DNA from: Candidatus Geocrenenecus huangii
GTDB lineage: Archaea; Thermoproteota; Nitrososphaeria_A; Caldarchaeales; Wolframiiraptoraceae
Length of the DNA stretch: 64,000 nucleotides
Assembly (NCBI GenBank): GCA_023254095.1
Contig: JALNLM010000002.1
Location: 64,001-128,000, forward strand
Reading direction: 5' to 3'
Positions 48,420-58,785 of the stretch are shown here, one piece after another. The first letter of the stretch is position 1; every line of letters starts with the position of its first letter. A program made the translations under genes and the position numbers. The notes under the pieces were generated by a model. That model had not been told where the DNA came from. It saw only the letters and a program-made list of their open reading frames with translations, and ran no database searches.

Positions 48420-49151
48420 GTGGGTTACTGCCTTGAAGGCAAGGCTCCTTTAAGATTATGGAGATTTGCGCAAGATAAGCAAAGTCGGTTGATTCTCGCG
48501 TTAGATCTCCTTGACGATTCTTCTCTCAGAGCTGAACCTAGAGAAATATTGGGTAAATGCTTCTCGCTACTAGAGAGATTAAAAGAGTATGTTGTAGGAG
48601 TAAAGATAGGATTCCCACTCTCGTTAAATCTAGGGGTTGATAGCCTAAAAGAATTAATTCAGAATTTTAAGGAAGAATTCTACTTTTTATCCGACTTCAA
48701 GCTTGGAGACATACCCGAAGTAAATAAGTTTACTTTAAGACTTCTTGAAAGATTAGGGTTCGATGGTGCAACGATCCACTTATTCCAGGGGAGCTTAACG
48801 AATATGATTGGAGACTCTATCAATCTATTCGGAATATTGATGATGAGCCACCCTGAAGCAATAATCTTTGAGAAAAATTTCGAAGACTTACTTAAAGAAG
48901 CCTCGAACTCCAAGCTAGATGGAGTTATAGTGGGAGCAACCAAGAAGCAATATATTCAAGAAGTTAGGAGCAGATTACCTCGTAAAACCATACTTTGCCC
49001 CGGCGTAGTAATTCAGGGTGCTGAAGTAGCTCAAGCTTTAAGGTATGGAGGAGATTTTGAAATAATTGGAAGAGCGATAACAGCGTCTCCCGATCCTGCC
49101 CTATCTGCAAAGAAGATTGTAGAGGTTGAGAGAAATGTACTCCAAAGATAG
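48420..49151 (+). CDS. pyrF: Orotidine-5'-phosphate decarboxylase
   Basis: 'LILALD', 'DFKLGDIP', 'PGV..QG', 'IIGRAI'. Confidence 0.93.
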   Translation: MGYCLEGKAPLRLWRFAQDKQSRLILALDLLDDSSLRAEPREILGKCFSLLERLKEYVVGVKIGFPLSLNLGVDSLKELIQNFKEEFYFLSDFKLGDIPEVNKFTLRLLERLGFDGATIHLFQGSLTNMIGDSINLFGILMMSHPEAIIFEKNFEDLLKEASNSKLDGVIVGATKKQYIQEVRSRLPRKTILCPGVVIQGAEVAQALRYGGDFEIIGRAITASPDPALSAKKIVEVERNVLQR

Positions 49152-49722
49152 GCTAGCCGAGATCCTGATAGCTACGAATTGTGTGAGATTCGGAGAATTT
49201 ACTCTCAGTTCGGGTGCTAAAAGCGATGTTTACGTAGATATGAGGAGGATTATTTCTCACCCCACTGAGTTTATGGAGCTGGTCAAAATCTCCATAGAAG
49301 TTGTCGCGAAGATGAAGTTTGACGTCTTAGCAGGCGTAGAATCTGGAGGAATACCGTTCGCTACAGCTATAGGGCTCCAGTTGAAGAAGCCGATAATATA
49401 CATCAGGAAAGAATCTAAGGACCATGGGTTAAGAAAACTTGTTGAAGGAGAGTATAGAAATGGAGACATAGCTCTCGTAGTCGATGACGTCTCAACGAGC
49501 GGAAACTCCATATCCAGAGCCATAGAAACGTTAAGGTCGAGCAACATAGTAGTAAATGAGGCATTCGTGATAGTTGATAGAGAAGAAGGAGCAAGAGAGA
49601 GGTTGAGACAACTTAACGTCAATCTACATTACCTAATAACGCTAAGAGAAGTTCTATCCACGTTACATGAACGTACTTCGGGACTTCAAGAGGTGGAGCT
49701 AGGTGACGAACACAAAAGATGA
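49135..49722 (+). CDS. pyrE: Orotate phosphoribosyltransferase
   Basis: 'FTLSSG', 'RKESKDHG', 'VVDDVSTSG', 'VDREEG'. Confidence 0.95.
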   Translation: MYSKDRLAEILIATNCVRFGEFTLSSGAKSDVYVDMRRIISHPTEFMELVKISIEVVAKMKFDVLAGVESGGIPFATAIGLQLKKPIIYIRKESKDHGLRKLVEGEYRNGDIALVVDDVSTSGNSISRAIETLRSSNIVVNEAFVIVDREEGARERLRQLNVNLHYLITLREVLSTLHERTSGLQEVELGDEHKR

Positions 49723-50578
49723 TAAACCCTTCACAGAGACAGGCATAAGTGGTAAATTCATGAGAATAGAACCATCTTATACAATGCGGTCAAGATACAT
49801 TATTGGAGAAGTGCATAAAGTACGAAGGCTTACGCAAAAGGTTAGAGAATATATTATCGTGTTAAAAGAAGAAATTGACCCTGACCCCGGGCAATTTGCA
49901 ATGTTATGGGTACCGGGTGTAGGCGAAATACCCCTCAGTTTCGCAGATTATACTTCGAAGACTGTGAAATTTGTTATTAGTAGGGTTGGCGCCGTCACAA
50001 CATATATTCATCAAAATATTGGAGAAGGGTCAAAGATACTCCTTAGAGGTCCTCTCGGAAAAGGTTTCACAATATATCCATCGAGGAATTGTCTACTAGT
50101 CGGGGGAGGATACGGTCTAGCACCATTACACTATCTTGCGAAGAAACTAAGTACGAAGGGATGCAGGTTGAAGATCTTGCTAGGGTTCAAGAATTCTACG
50201 GACATATTCTATGTCGATGAATTTAGAAGTATCTCCAATACGTTTATCTCAAGTGAAGATGGGGAAGAGGAATTCAGGGGCACAGTTGTAGAGTTGATGA
50301 AGAACATTCTAGAAGAAGAGTCTTTCGCCATCGTTTACGCGTGTGGAAGAGAAGAAATGTTGGTGAAGATAGCTAGAGAATGTGCGGCGAGGAATGTAAA
50401 GCTCGAAGTTTCCTTAGAAAGAATAATCAAGTGCGGGCTAGGCGTCTGCGGGTCATGCTCTATCGAACCATTAGGATTAAGAGTTTGCAGAGATGGGCCG
50501 GTATTCGATGGGGGCATTCTCCTGAGGCTTGAAGATTTGTCGAGAAGGAGTAATGAGAAAATATGCATGAACCATTAA
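49703..50578 (+). CDS. pyrK: Dihydroorotate dehydrogenase electron-transfer subunit
   Basis: 'PGQFAMLW', 'RGPLGKGF', 'CGLGVCGSC..VCRDGPVF'. Confidence 0.92.
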   Translation: MTNTKDDKPFTETGISGKFMRIEPSYTMRSRYIIGEVHKVRRLTQKVREYIIVLKEEIDPDPGQFAMLWVPGVGEIPLSFADYTSKTVKFVISRVGAVTTYIHQNIGEGSKILLRGPLGKGFTIYPSRNCLLVGGGYGLAPLHYLAKKLSTKGCRLKILLGFKNSTDIFYVDEFRSISNTFISSEDGEEEFRGTVVELMKNILEEESFAIVYACGREEMLVKIARECAARNVKLEVSLERIIKCGLGVCGSCSIEPLGLRVCRDGPVFDGGILLRLEDLSRRSNEKICMNH

Positions 50579-51534
50579 CCGATGCAGATGATGAATGCGT
50601 AAGCAATGATAAAAATTCTTTACCTGACCTAACAATCTTTATCTCAGATCTCTTTTTAAGGAATCCTACGGTACTAGCTTCAGGGATCCTCGGCGGATCT
50701 TATGGTCAACTGAAAAGAGTGGAAGAAGCTGGTGCAGGTGCATTAACTACTAAGACCATAACTAAGGATCCCCGTACGGGTTACATTAACCCGGTCTTCG
50801 TAGATCTCGGATATGGTTATCTTAATGCAATAGGATTAAGAAATCCAGGAGTAGAACAATTCAGTATAGAACTCTCTAAAGCGAAGAAAGATATCATGAT
50901 CCCGATTATAGCAAGTGTAGGCGGGACCAGCATCGAAGAATTCACCTATGTAGCTGAAAAGATGGTTGAGTCAGGCTCAGACGCTATTGAGCTAAACTTG
51001 TCATGCCCTCACGTTGGAGGATACGGTTTGGATATCGGCTCGGATGTAAAACTTACGAAAGAAATAATTAAAGAAGTAAAGAGCATATCCGATAAGCCTT
51101 TACTGGTAAAAATCTCGTTATTTCATTCTAATAAGGACATCATAGAGAAATTCATAAGCGCAGGTCTCAATGGAATAACAGCTATAAACACTTTGAAAGC
51201 TCTAGCGATAGATATAAATTCATTATCACCTGTTCTCTCAAACATTCTGGGAGGATTATCAGGACCCTGTATAAAGCCTGTTACCCTAGCGGTTATATAC
51301 GAGATCTATAGAGAGTTCCCAGATATACCGATTATAGGGGTGGGAGGAGTAGAGAAGGCTGAAGACGCAATCGAGATGATCTTAGCTGGAGCATCCGCTG
51401 TAGGTATAGGTTCCGCTATAGTAAGAAGAGACTTAGAAGTATTCACGGAAGTAACGAGAGGGATAGAGAGGTTCATGTTGGAAAATGGTTTCAAATCAAT
51501 AAAAGAGTTGATAGGATACATTCATAGAAGATAG
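50563..51534 (+). CDS. pyrD: Dihydroorotate dehydrogenase, family 1B catalytic subunit
   Basis: 'ASGI', 'NAIGLRNPG', 'ELNLSCPH', 'GGLSG..IKP'. Confidence 0.95.
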   Translation: MHEPLTDADDECVSNDKNSLPDLTIFISDLFLRNPTVLASGILGGSYGQLKRVEEAGAGALTTKTITKDPRTGYINPVFVDLGYGYLNAIGLRNPGVEQFSIELSKAKKDIMIPIIASVGGTSIEEFTYVAEKMVESGSDAIELNLSCPHVGGYGLDIGSDVKLTKEIIKEVKSISDKPLLVKISLFHSNKDIIEKFISAGLNGITAINTLKALAIDINSLSPVLSNILGGLSGPCIKPVTLAVIYEIYREFPDIPIIGVGGVEKAEDAIEMILAGASAVGIGSAIVRRDLEVFTEVTRGIERFMLENGFKSIKELIGYIHRR

Positions 51535-51654
51535 CTAGGAGCTGACCTGTAGATAAGAAAAACTAAATTATTAGACGAAAGCAATATCCATGTATAGTTA
51601 TTCTCTTCGTTATTGGGAAAAGATTATTATTCTAACTCACCAACCAGTTAATAG

Positions 51655-52797
51655 ATGATTCCTAAAGATGAAATAACAAGGATCATGGAAAAGTATTATC
51701 ATACAAGGGAACTGACTATAGGCGTTATCGGAACACATTCTGCTCTAGAAGTATGTAGAGGGGCAAAAGACGAGGATTTCAAAACGATCGTCATATGCCA
51801 GAAAAATAGAGAGAAGACTTATTCGAAATACTTTGTCTCTAGAGAAAGATTTGGAAAGAAGGTCGGCATAGTAGATGAAGTACTAGTATTAGAGAAATTC
51901 AGTGAGATAGCTAGAGAAGAAGTTCAAGAAGAGCTTAGAAGAAAGAGTACGTTACTAGTTCCTCACAGAGGTCTATCCGTATATGTTGGGTACGAAACGA
52001 TAGAGAACCTATTGAAAATACCTATCTTCGGAAATAGATATCTTCTAAAGATCGAAGAGAGGGGGATCGACCTCAACCAGTATAAATTGTTAGAGAAGGC
52101 AGGTATACCGTACCCTAGAATTCTTAGAAGTCCAGAAGAGATTGATGGTCCAGTCATAGTTAAGGTATCTGAAGCAGCTAGACAATACGAGAGAGGTTTC
52201 TTTATAGTTTCATCTGCGAAAGAGTTTGAAGAAAAATCAGCAGCCCTTATAGAGAAGAAATTAATCGCTAGAGAAGCTTTAGAGAAAGCAGTAATAGAAG
52301 AACTAGTAGTAGGAGCACCCTTCAATTTTAACTTCTTCTACTCTCCTCTAGATGGAGAAATAGAATTATTAGGGATAGATATGAGAAGGCAGACGAACAT
52401 CGATGGGTTACTCCGATTACCCGCCACCCAACAATTAGAGGTATTGAAATATGTCGTGGTGAGAAATATCGAGGTCGGCCACGTAGCGTGTACGATTAGA
52501 GAATCTTTACTGGAGAGAGCTTTCGAGCTGGCTGAAAAATTTGTGAAGACTACGCAGGAGACTCATTCTCCAGGAGTCATAGGTCCATTCGCTCTTCAAG
52601 GCATAGTAACGCCCGGCCCTCCGCATGAAGAGATCGTCGTGTACGATGTTAGCGTAAGAGTACCAGGTTCTCCGGGAACGAAGTTCACTCCGTACTCTGA
52701 GAATCTTTGGGGATTCCCAATTAGTGTTGGTCGAAGAATAGCCTTCGAGATCAGAGAAGCTTTAAGACAGGATAAGTTGGAGAAGATCCTAACATGA
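51655..52797 (+). CDS. purP: PurP-family ATP-grasp protein (FAICAR synthase paralog 1)
   Basis: 'GTHSALE..GAKDE', 'GVIGPFALQ', 'GRRIA'. Confidence 0.88.
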   Translation: MIPKDEITRIMEKYYHTRELTIGVIGTHSALEVCRGAKDEDFKTIVICQKNREKTYSKYFVSRERFGKKVGIVDEVLVLEKFSEIAREEVQEELRRKSTLLVPHRGLSVYVGYETIENLLKIPIFGNRYLLKIEERGIDLNQYKLLEKAGIPYPRILRSPEEIDGPVIVKVSEAARQYERGFFIVSSAKEFEEKSAALIEKKLIAREALEKAVIEELVVGAPFNFNFFYSPLDGEIELLGIDMRRQTNIDGLLRLPATQQLEVLKYVVVRNIEVGHVACTIRESLLERAFELAEKFVKTTQETHSPGVIGPFALQGIVTPGPPHEEIVVYDVSVRVPGSPGTKFTPYSENLWGFPISVGRRIAFEIREALRQDKLEKILT

Positions 52798-53894
52798 TTG
52801 ATAGGAGCGAAATACTAGGTATCTTGTCTGGTTACAATGAATCAGATATCAAGATAGGGACAATATGTTCACATTCATCTCTCCAGATATTTCATGGAGC
52901 CAGAAGAGAAGGTATACCTTCTGTAGGAATAGTATTAAGAGAGAACAAGCCATATTATGAGAGCTTCCCTAAAGCTACGCCAGACATATTCATGGAGGTT
53001 GAAAGCTATAAAGAGATTCTCACCGACCATTTTCAGAAGCGGCTAATCTCTGAAAACGTAGTAATTGTACCACATGGATCTTTCGTAGAATATGTTGGGT
53101 CTGACAACATTCTCGAGAGATTTAGAGTGCCGCTGATCGGAAATAGGCTAACATTATACTGGGAAGGTGATAGAAGGAGGCAAAGAGAATGGTTGGAGGA
53201 AGCTAGAGTAAACACTCCGAAGATTTATAGAAACCCTTCAGAGATAGATAAACCTGTAATCGTCAAACTCCACGGAGCGAAAGGAGGGAAGGGGTACTTC
53301 AAAGCCTCTAACAAAGAAGAATTCTATACAAGGTTTAATGAGCTCAAAGTAAAGAACGTAGTAGATGGTCTGGATGACTTAGTGATAGAGGAATTCATTG
53401 CAGGAGTAAGATATTACCCTCACTTCTTCTACAGTGTTCTCGGAGAGAAGAATCTCCCAAGATTAGAAGAGGGGAGACTAGAACTCCTCGGGATAGATAG
53501 AAGATTAGAGGTTATAGACGAAATACATCGAGGCTTACCCTTGATAATTGAAGACTACCTCGACTATACGGTAACAGGGAATATCCCCGTCGTTGTTAGA
53601 GAAAAATACCTAGTAAGTTTATTGGAAGATACGATAAGGATTGTATCAGCTGCCAGGAAGCTTTTTTATCCAGGCTTGATCGGTCCCTTCTGCATAGAAA
53701 CGATATATCATCCAGTTAGAGGATTTATAGTATTCGAAGTATCTGCTAGAATAGTAGCAGGGACAAATCTCTATCCTAACGGTTCTCCCTACTCCGTATA
53801 CTATCACGATGAGCCGATGTCTATGGGTAGGCGGATAGCTAGAGAAGTAAAGAATGCGTTAAGGATGAATTCTCTAGATAAACTGGTTTACTAA
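52794..53894 (+). CDS. purP: PurP formate-phosphoribosylaminoimidazolecarboxamide ligase (paralog 2)
   Basis: 'CSHSSLQI', 'PHGSFVEY', 'GAKGGKGYF', 'FEVSARIVAGTN'. Confidence 0.92.
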   Translation: MIDRSEILGILSGYNESDIKIGTICSHSSLQIFHGARREGIPSVGIVLRENKPYYESFPKATPDIFMEVESYKEILTDHFQKRLISENVVIVPHGSFVEYVGSDNILERFRVPLIGNRLTLYWEGDRRRQREWLEEARVNTPKIYRNPSEIDKPVIVKLHGAKGGKGYFKASNKEEFYTRFNELKVKNVVDGLDDLVIEEFIAGVRYYPHFFYSVLGEKNLPRLEEGRLELLGIDRRLEVIDEIHRGLPLIIEDYLDYTVTGNIPVVVREKYLVSLLEDTIRIVSAARKLFYPGLIGPFCIETIYHPVRGFIVFEVSARIVAGTNLYPNGSPYSVYYHDEPMSMGRRIAREVKNALRMNSLDKLVY

Positions 53895-54024
53895 TAATTC
53901 ATTAACTCTAATTCCTAGGAAGGCTAAATCTGTGATCTTCATCTTTATCCAAGGATGTTAAATTTCATCGGCTAGATGAGATAAAAGATATATCCTGGTT
54001 TTTAATGATCGGCTGTGGGATTTC

Positions 54025-55482
54025 TTGGTTAAAGTCTTAGAAGATTTTGGATTATCTTTTGATGATGTCCTCCTACTACCTAGGAAGTCTTCTGTAGTAT
54101 CTAGGAGAGAGATATCTACTACGACTAGATTCGCCGGGAAGATTATGATAAATATTCCCATCGCATCTGCAGCTATGGATACTGTAACGGAATCCGCTAT
54201 GGCCATTACTCTTGCTAGAGAAGGTGGAATAGGAGTAATACATCGCTTCATCCCTCCGGAAAGACAAGCGGAGGAAGTTGCTAAAGTAAAAAGAGCAGAT
54301 AATGTAATCATAGAGAAGCCTACGACCATATCTCCAGATAAGACTGTGGGAGAAGCAAGAGAATTAATGAAGACTCTTGGAATAAGCGGTTTGCTCGTCG
54401 TAGATTCAGAGAATAGGCTTCTGGGGATACTGACTAAGAGGGACGTATTATTCGAAGATGATAAAATGCTCGTCAGTAAGTGTATGACCCCTAGGAGTAG
54501 TATGGTCATTGCTGAATCAGACATATCCATAGAAGAAGCCAAGAATATATTCAGACGGTACAAGGTCGAGAAAATCCCAATAGTCGACAAGGACAATAGA
54601 GTTAAAGGATTAATAACATGCGTTGACTTGTTGAAGAGAGAAGCCTACCCGAATGCTTCCAGAGATCCTAAGGGTAGATTGATGGTTGCAGCAGCTATAG
54701 GCGTAAAGGAGAATGAGATATATCGGGCTAAGCTCTTGATTGAGGCTGGTGCTGATGCGATAGTTATAGACGTTGCACATGGACATACAACCATGTGTAT
54801 AGAAACAATAAAGAAGCTAAAGAATTTGTATGGAGATGATGTGCAGGTAGTCGCTGGCAATGTCGCAACAGCTGAAGGCGTAGAAGACCTTGCCTCCGCT
54901 GGAGCTGATGCGGTGAAGGTAGGTGTAGGACCAGGCTCGGTATGCACTACTAGGATAGTTGCTGGGGTAGGGGTACCACAGCTATCTGCAATACTTGAAT
55001 GCGGTGAAGCAGCTGAGAAGATGGATATACCTATAATAGCTGATGGCGGGATACGGGAGAGTGGAGATATAGTCAAAGCGTTAGCCGCAGGTGCTTCTTC
55101 AGTTATGATAGGAAGATTGTTAGCGGGAACCGATGAGAGTCCTGGGACGATTATAGTCAAGAATGGTAGAAGATATAAAATCTATAGAGGGATGGCTTCA
55201 ATCTACGCTATGCTTGGTAGAGAATTTAGGTCTAGAGAAGAGTTCTCAGAAGCATTGATAGATTCCTCAGAGTATTCGTACTACGCTGAGGGTGTCGAGG
55301 CATACGTGCCCTATACAGGTTCAGCGTCAGAGATGATAAAGAAGCTGCTGGCAGGATTAAGATCTGGGATGAGCTACTTAGGCGCTAGAACAATAGATGA
55401 AATGAAACGCAACTCGATATTTGTTAGGGTAACCCAAGCAGGGATAAGGGAAAGCATGCCTCATGACGTAGAGGTAATATAG
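54025..55482 (+). CDS. guaB: IMP dehydrogenase with CBS pair
   Basis: 'FDDVLLLP', 'GPGSVCTTR', 'YRGMAS'. Confidence 0.93.
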   Translation: MVKVLEDFGLSFDDVLLLPRKSSVVSRREISTTTRFAGKIMINIPIASAAMDTVTESAMAITLAREGGIGVIHRFIPPERQAEEVAKVKRADNVIIEKPTTISPDKTVGEARELMKTLGISGLLVVDSENRLLGILTKRDVLFEDDKMLVSKCMTPRSSMVIAESDISIEEAKNIFRRYKVEKIPIVDKDNRVKGLITCVDLLKREAYPNASRDPKGRLMVAAAIGVKENEIYRAKLLIEAGADAIVIDVAHGHTTMCIETIKKLKNLYGDDVQVVAGNVATAEGVEDLASAGADAVKVGVGPGSVCTTRIVAGVGVPQLSAILECGEAAEKMDIPIIADGGIRESGDIVKALAAGASSVMIGRLLAGTDESPGTIIVKNGRRYKIYRGMASIYAMLGREFRSREEFSEALIDSSEYSYYAEGVEAYVPYTGSASEMIKKLLAGLRSGMSYLGARTIDEMKRNSIFVRVTQAGIRESMPHDVEVI

Positions 55483-55498
55483 ACTAGTGAAGTAGTCC

Positions 55499-56746
55499 AT
55501 GACAGGCGTAGCCATAATAGGGTTGCAATGGGGAGATGAAGGAAAAGGAAAAATATCATATTTGTTGTCTAGAGATGCAGAATACGTTGTAAGATTTCAA
55601 GGAGGAGCAAACGCTGGACATACCGTAGTCTTAGACGGCAGGGAGCTAAGATTCAATATGCTTCCAGCTGGTTCAGCATCTGGAGCAAGACCATGTATAG
55701 CTTCTGGCACAGTAGTAGATCTGGATGAAGTTATCGAAGAAATTGAATTGTTAAAAAGCATAGGGATAGATGTTAAACCTCTGATAAGCAAGAATGCCAA
55801 TGTGGTCCTCCCCGTACATAAAGAGCTCGATGAGATGATTGAGAAGCTTAGAAGTAGAGAACTAATAGGTACGACGAGGAGAGGCATAGGTCCAGCATAC
55901 TCGGACAAGGCTTTAAGAATAGGTATCAAGATAGTAGACTTGCTAGACCCTGAAGTACTCGAGAGCAAGGTCAAGCTACTAGAAGACTTCCATAAACTAT
56001 CCATTGGAGACATCGAGAAAAGCGTTAGGATAGCTGAGAAACTTTCAGAAAATACATGCGATTTAGAGATAATCCTAAATGAAGCATTAGATGAAGGAAA
56101 AAAGATCGTCTTCGAAGGTGCGCAGGGAACCTTGCTTGACATAGACCAGGGAACATATCCTTATGTAACGTCATCTAATACTACTATAGGAGCGGTATTC
56201 ACGAGTTGTGGAATAGGTCCTAGAAAGATCTCGGAGATAGTCGGAGTGATGAAGGCATACACGACTAGAGTAGGAGCGGGGGTATTTCCCACAGAGTTAA
56301 GGAACGAGGAAGGAAGCATTCTTAGAGAGAAAGGTAGAGAATACGGGACAACTACGGGAAGACCTAGAAGAGTTGGATGGCTCGATATCCCTCTACTAAG
56401 ATACAGCATAATGATAAACAGTATTGATTGGGTAGCGTTAACAAAGCTAGACGTCTTAAGCGGGTTAAGGAAGATACCTATATGCGTAGAATATGATGTA
56501 GATGGAAAAACAATCAGGATAGCTTCTCCAAACGTTAAGATGCTTGAGAAAGCAACCCCTATCTATTCTTATCTAGATGGTTGGCCCGATCTAGGGAGAG
56601 AAGAATGGAGAAAGATAACCTTGAGAGGGTGGGATGCTCTACCTGAGAATGCTAGAACATACGTGGAGACTATTGAGAATCTTGTAGGTAAGCCTATAAA
56701 GCTAGTTTCAGTGGGAGCAGCAGCTAGAATGGAGGTCGTAAAGTAG
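55499..56746 (+). CDS. purA: Adenylosuccinate synthetase
   Basis: 'QWGDEGKGK', 'GGANAGHT', 'EGAQG', 'TTGRPRR'. Confidence 0.97.
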   Translation: MTGVAIIGLQWGDEGKGKISYLLSRDAEYVVRFQGGANAGHTVVLDGRELRFNMLPAGSASGARPCIASGTVVDLDEVIEEIELLKSIGIDVKPLISKNANVVLPVHKELDEMIEKLRSRELIGTTRRGIGPAYSDKALRIGIKIVDLLDPEVLESKVKLLEDFHKLSIGDIEKSVRIAEKLSENTCDLEIILNEALDEGKKIVFEGAQGTLLDIDQGTYPYVTSSNTTIGAVFTSCGIGPRKISEIVGVMKAYTTRVGAGVFPTELRNEEGSILREKGREYGTTTGRPRRVGWLDIPLLRYSIMINSIDWVALTKLDVLSGLRKIPICVEYDVDGKTIRIASPNVKMLEKATPIYSYLDGWPDLGREEWRKITLRGWDALPENARTYVETIENLVGKPIKLVSVGAAARMEVVK

Positions 56747-58146
56747 TGGATCCATTAGAAGCTATAACGCCGATAGATGGAAGATATAGAGAAAAGCTGT
56801 CTAATCTAAAGGATTACTTCTCCGAGTACGCTCTGATAAAAGAGAGGGTCAGGATTGAGATAGAATACTTGGCTGAATTCATTGAGGAAGTCGAGTATTC
56901 AAAATCATCCTTGCTTCCAAGTGATTGGAGAGAGATCCTCTTAAATATATATCGAAATTTCTCATTAGAAGATGCTGGGAAGGTTAAGGAATTCGAGAAG
57001 AAATTAGGTCACGACGTCTTTGCAGTCGTAAAGTATCTGATGGAGAAGCTTGATGAGAAGAAACTAGAAATCTTGAAGCCGTACATACATATAGGCTTAA
57101 CTTCTGAAGATGTAAACAATCTCGCCTACTCATCGTTACTCAATAGATTCAACCGAGAAGTTTTAGTGCCTGTTCTTCTTAAACTTGTAGACAAGCTGTC
57201 CAGCATCTCTCTCCAGTATGTCGATACCGTTATGCTTGGCAGAACACATGGTGTACCCGCAGTTCCCACAACTTTCGGTAGATTCATCGTTAACTATGCT
57301 TACAGAATAGCTAAGATCCTAGAGCAGATAGCGGATATGAAGTTTCCAGGTAAGCTGGGTGGAGCTGTAGGAGACCATAATGCTTTGAAATTCGTCTACC
57401 CCGAGGTTGACTGGATTTCTTTCAGTAAGTCTTTCGTTGAATCTCAAGGACTTATTTATTTCCCAGCCACTACCCAGATTCTACCACATGAAATTTTATC
57501 GAGCTACTTGATGGAGATATCAATACTAGACTCGATACTATCAAATCTTTGTAGAGACATATGGATGCTCTCATTGATAGAATATGTATCCTTCCCTTTA
57601 GAAGTAGGTGAAGTGCATTCATCGACTATGCCTCATAAATCTAACCCCATACTACTGGAAAATGCTGAAGGGGCATTCGACTTAGCATCGAGCATCTTAT
57701 CATACATGAGTACGAGATTAATATCGAGTAGACTCCATAGAGATCTCTCAGACTCAGTGGTTAAGAGATTCTATGGAGTTCCTCTATCCCTAACATATAT
57801 GGGGGTAAAGAATCTACTAACAATACTTGATAAGATGCAGATCAATAAAGAGAGAATGGCCTTAGATGTTGAAAAACATCCTGAAATTCTTTCTGAAGCC
57901 TTCCAATTATACTTGAGAAGACATGGACACTCTAAGGCTTACGAGATAATTCAGAGAATAGTTAGAGAAAGACCTGAAAAGATAATAGAAGAATTAGAGA
58001 GTCTGGTCCCTGCGGGAGAAATTGAAAAATTGGCTAAGCTAAAACCAATAGAATACCTTGGTGAAGCAGAAAGAATTGTTATGAATCTAATTCAGGAAGT
58101 TGAGAAGATAAAGAGTAGAATAGAAGATTATAGGGGCAGCTTATAG
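56746..58146 (+). CDS. purB: Adenylosuccinate lyase
   Basis: 'PIDGRY', 'TSED', 'GRTHG', 'SSTMPHKSNP'. Confidence 0.96.
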   Translation: MDPLEAITPIDGRYREKLSNLKDYFSEYALIKERVRIEIEYLAEFIEEVEYSKSSLLPSDWREILLNIYRNFSLEDAGKVKEFEKKLGHDVFAVVKYLMEKLDEKKLEILKPYIHIGLTSEDVNNLAYSSLLNRFNREVLVPVLLKLVDKLSSISLQYVDTVMLGRTHGVPAVPTTFGRFIVNYAYRIAKILEQIADMKFPGKLGGAVGDHNALKFVYPEVDWISFSKSFVESQGLIYFPATTQILPHEILSSYLMEISILDSILSNLCRDIWMLSLIEYVSFPLEVGEVHSSTMPHKSNPILLENAEGAFDLASSILSYMSTRLISSRLHRDLSDSVVKRFYGVPLSLTYMGVKNLLTILDKMQINKERMALDVEKHPEILSEAFQLYLRRHGHSKAYEIIQRIVRERPEKIIEELESLVPAGEIEKLAKLKPIEYLGEAERIVMNLIQEVEKIKSRIEDYRGSL

Positions 58147-58221
58147 CCTATACATGTTTATGTTAATTTTAGAAGCGTATGTCTAGGCAGCTTTAAATAA
58201 AATTGTAACGAGAAAATCAAC

Positions 58222-58785
58222 ATGGTTCAGCAGGGTACTAAATTAAGGAGACCTGACCCTTTCACAGGTATAGCCTACATGGCGGTAGCTTCAGCTGTAA
58301 CAGGTGTCGGCTTCCTACTAACAGCTCCTATACCGCTGATCCCGGGCGCAATCCACTGGAGAGTCCTAGCATTTCTCCCATGCGTGTTCGGGATATTATA
58401 TGGCCCAATCATAGGATTCGTATCAGGCGCCTTAGGTAACACTCTCTGGGCGTTGATAGGCGGATACTTTAATCCAGCTACCCCGGTCTTCGACCTCATA
58501 GGCGTAGGACTTACAGGGTTAATTCCAGGATTAATCTGTAAACCTCAAGACGCATCTTCCAGCAAGGGATTACTGAAGATCGCGTTAATCAGCCTATTAT
58601 CAGGAGTTGTCATGGTTCCCATAGTTGCAGTTGGATTCGACTTAGTAGGCGTGGCCCCCTTCGGCCCAGCCATTGTATTTCTAGCGTTAAGTGATCTCCC
58701 ACCAATCCTGATAGGTACACCTTTAGTCATGGCCGCAGTTACTCCACCGTTATTGAGGAGGAACTTAATTAAATGGAGGTTCTAG
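58222..58785 (+). CDS. ECF transporter substrate-binding (S) component
   Basis: ~6 TM helices, 'GILYGPIIGFVSGALGN'; directly upstream of ECF A and T genes. Confidence 0.85.
   Translation: MVQQGTKLRRPDPFTGIAYMAVASAVTGVGFLLTAPIPLIPGAIHWRVLAFLPCVFGILYGPIIGFVSGALGNTLWALIGGYFNPATPVFDLIGVGLTGLIPGLICKPQDASSSKGLLKIALISLLSGVVMVPIVAVGFDLVGVAPFGPAIVFLALSDLPPILIGTPLVMAAVTPPLLRRNLIKWRF

Noticed and set aside
37743-51555. 13-mer TGACCTGTAGATA in two intergenic regions (37743 and 51543)
   Set aside because: Repeats of this length are expected by chance in 64 kb, and the contexts are unrelated
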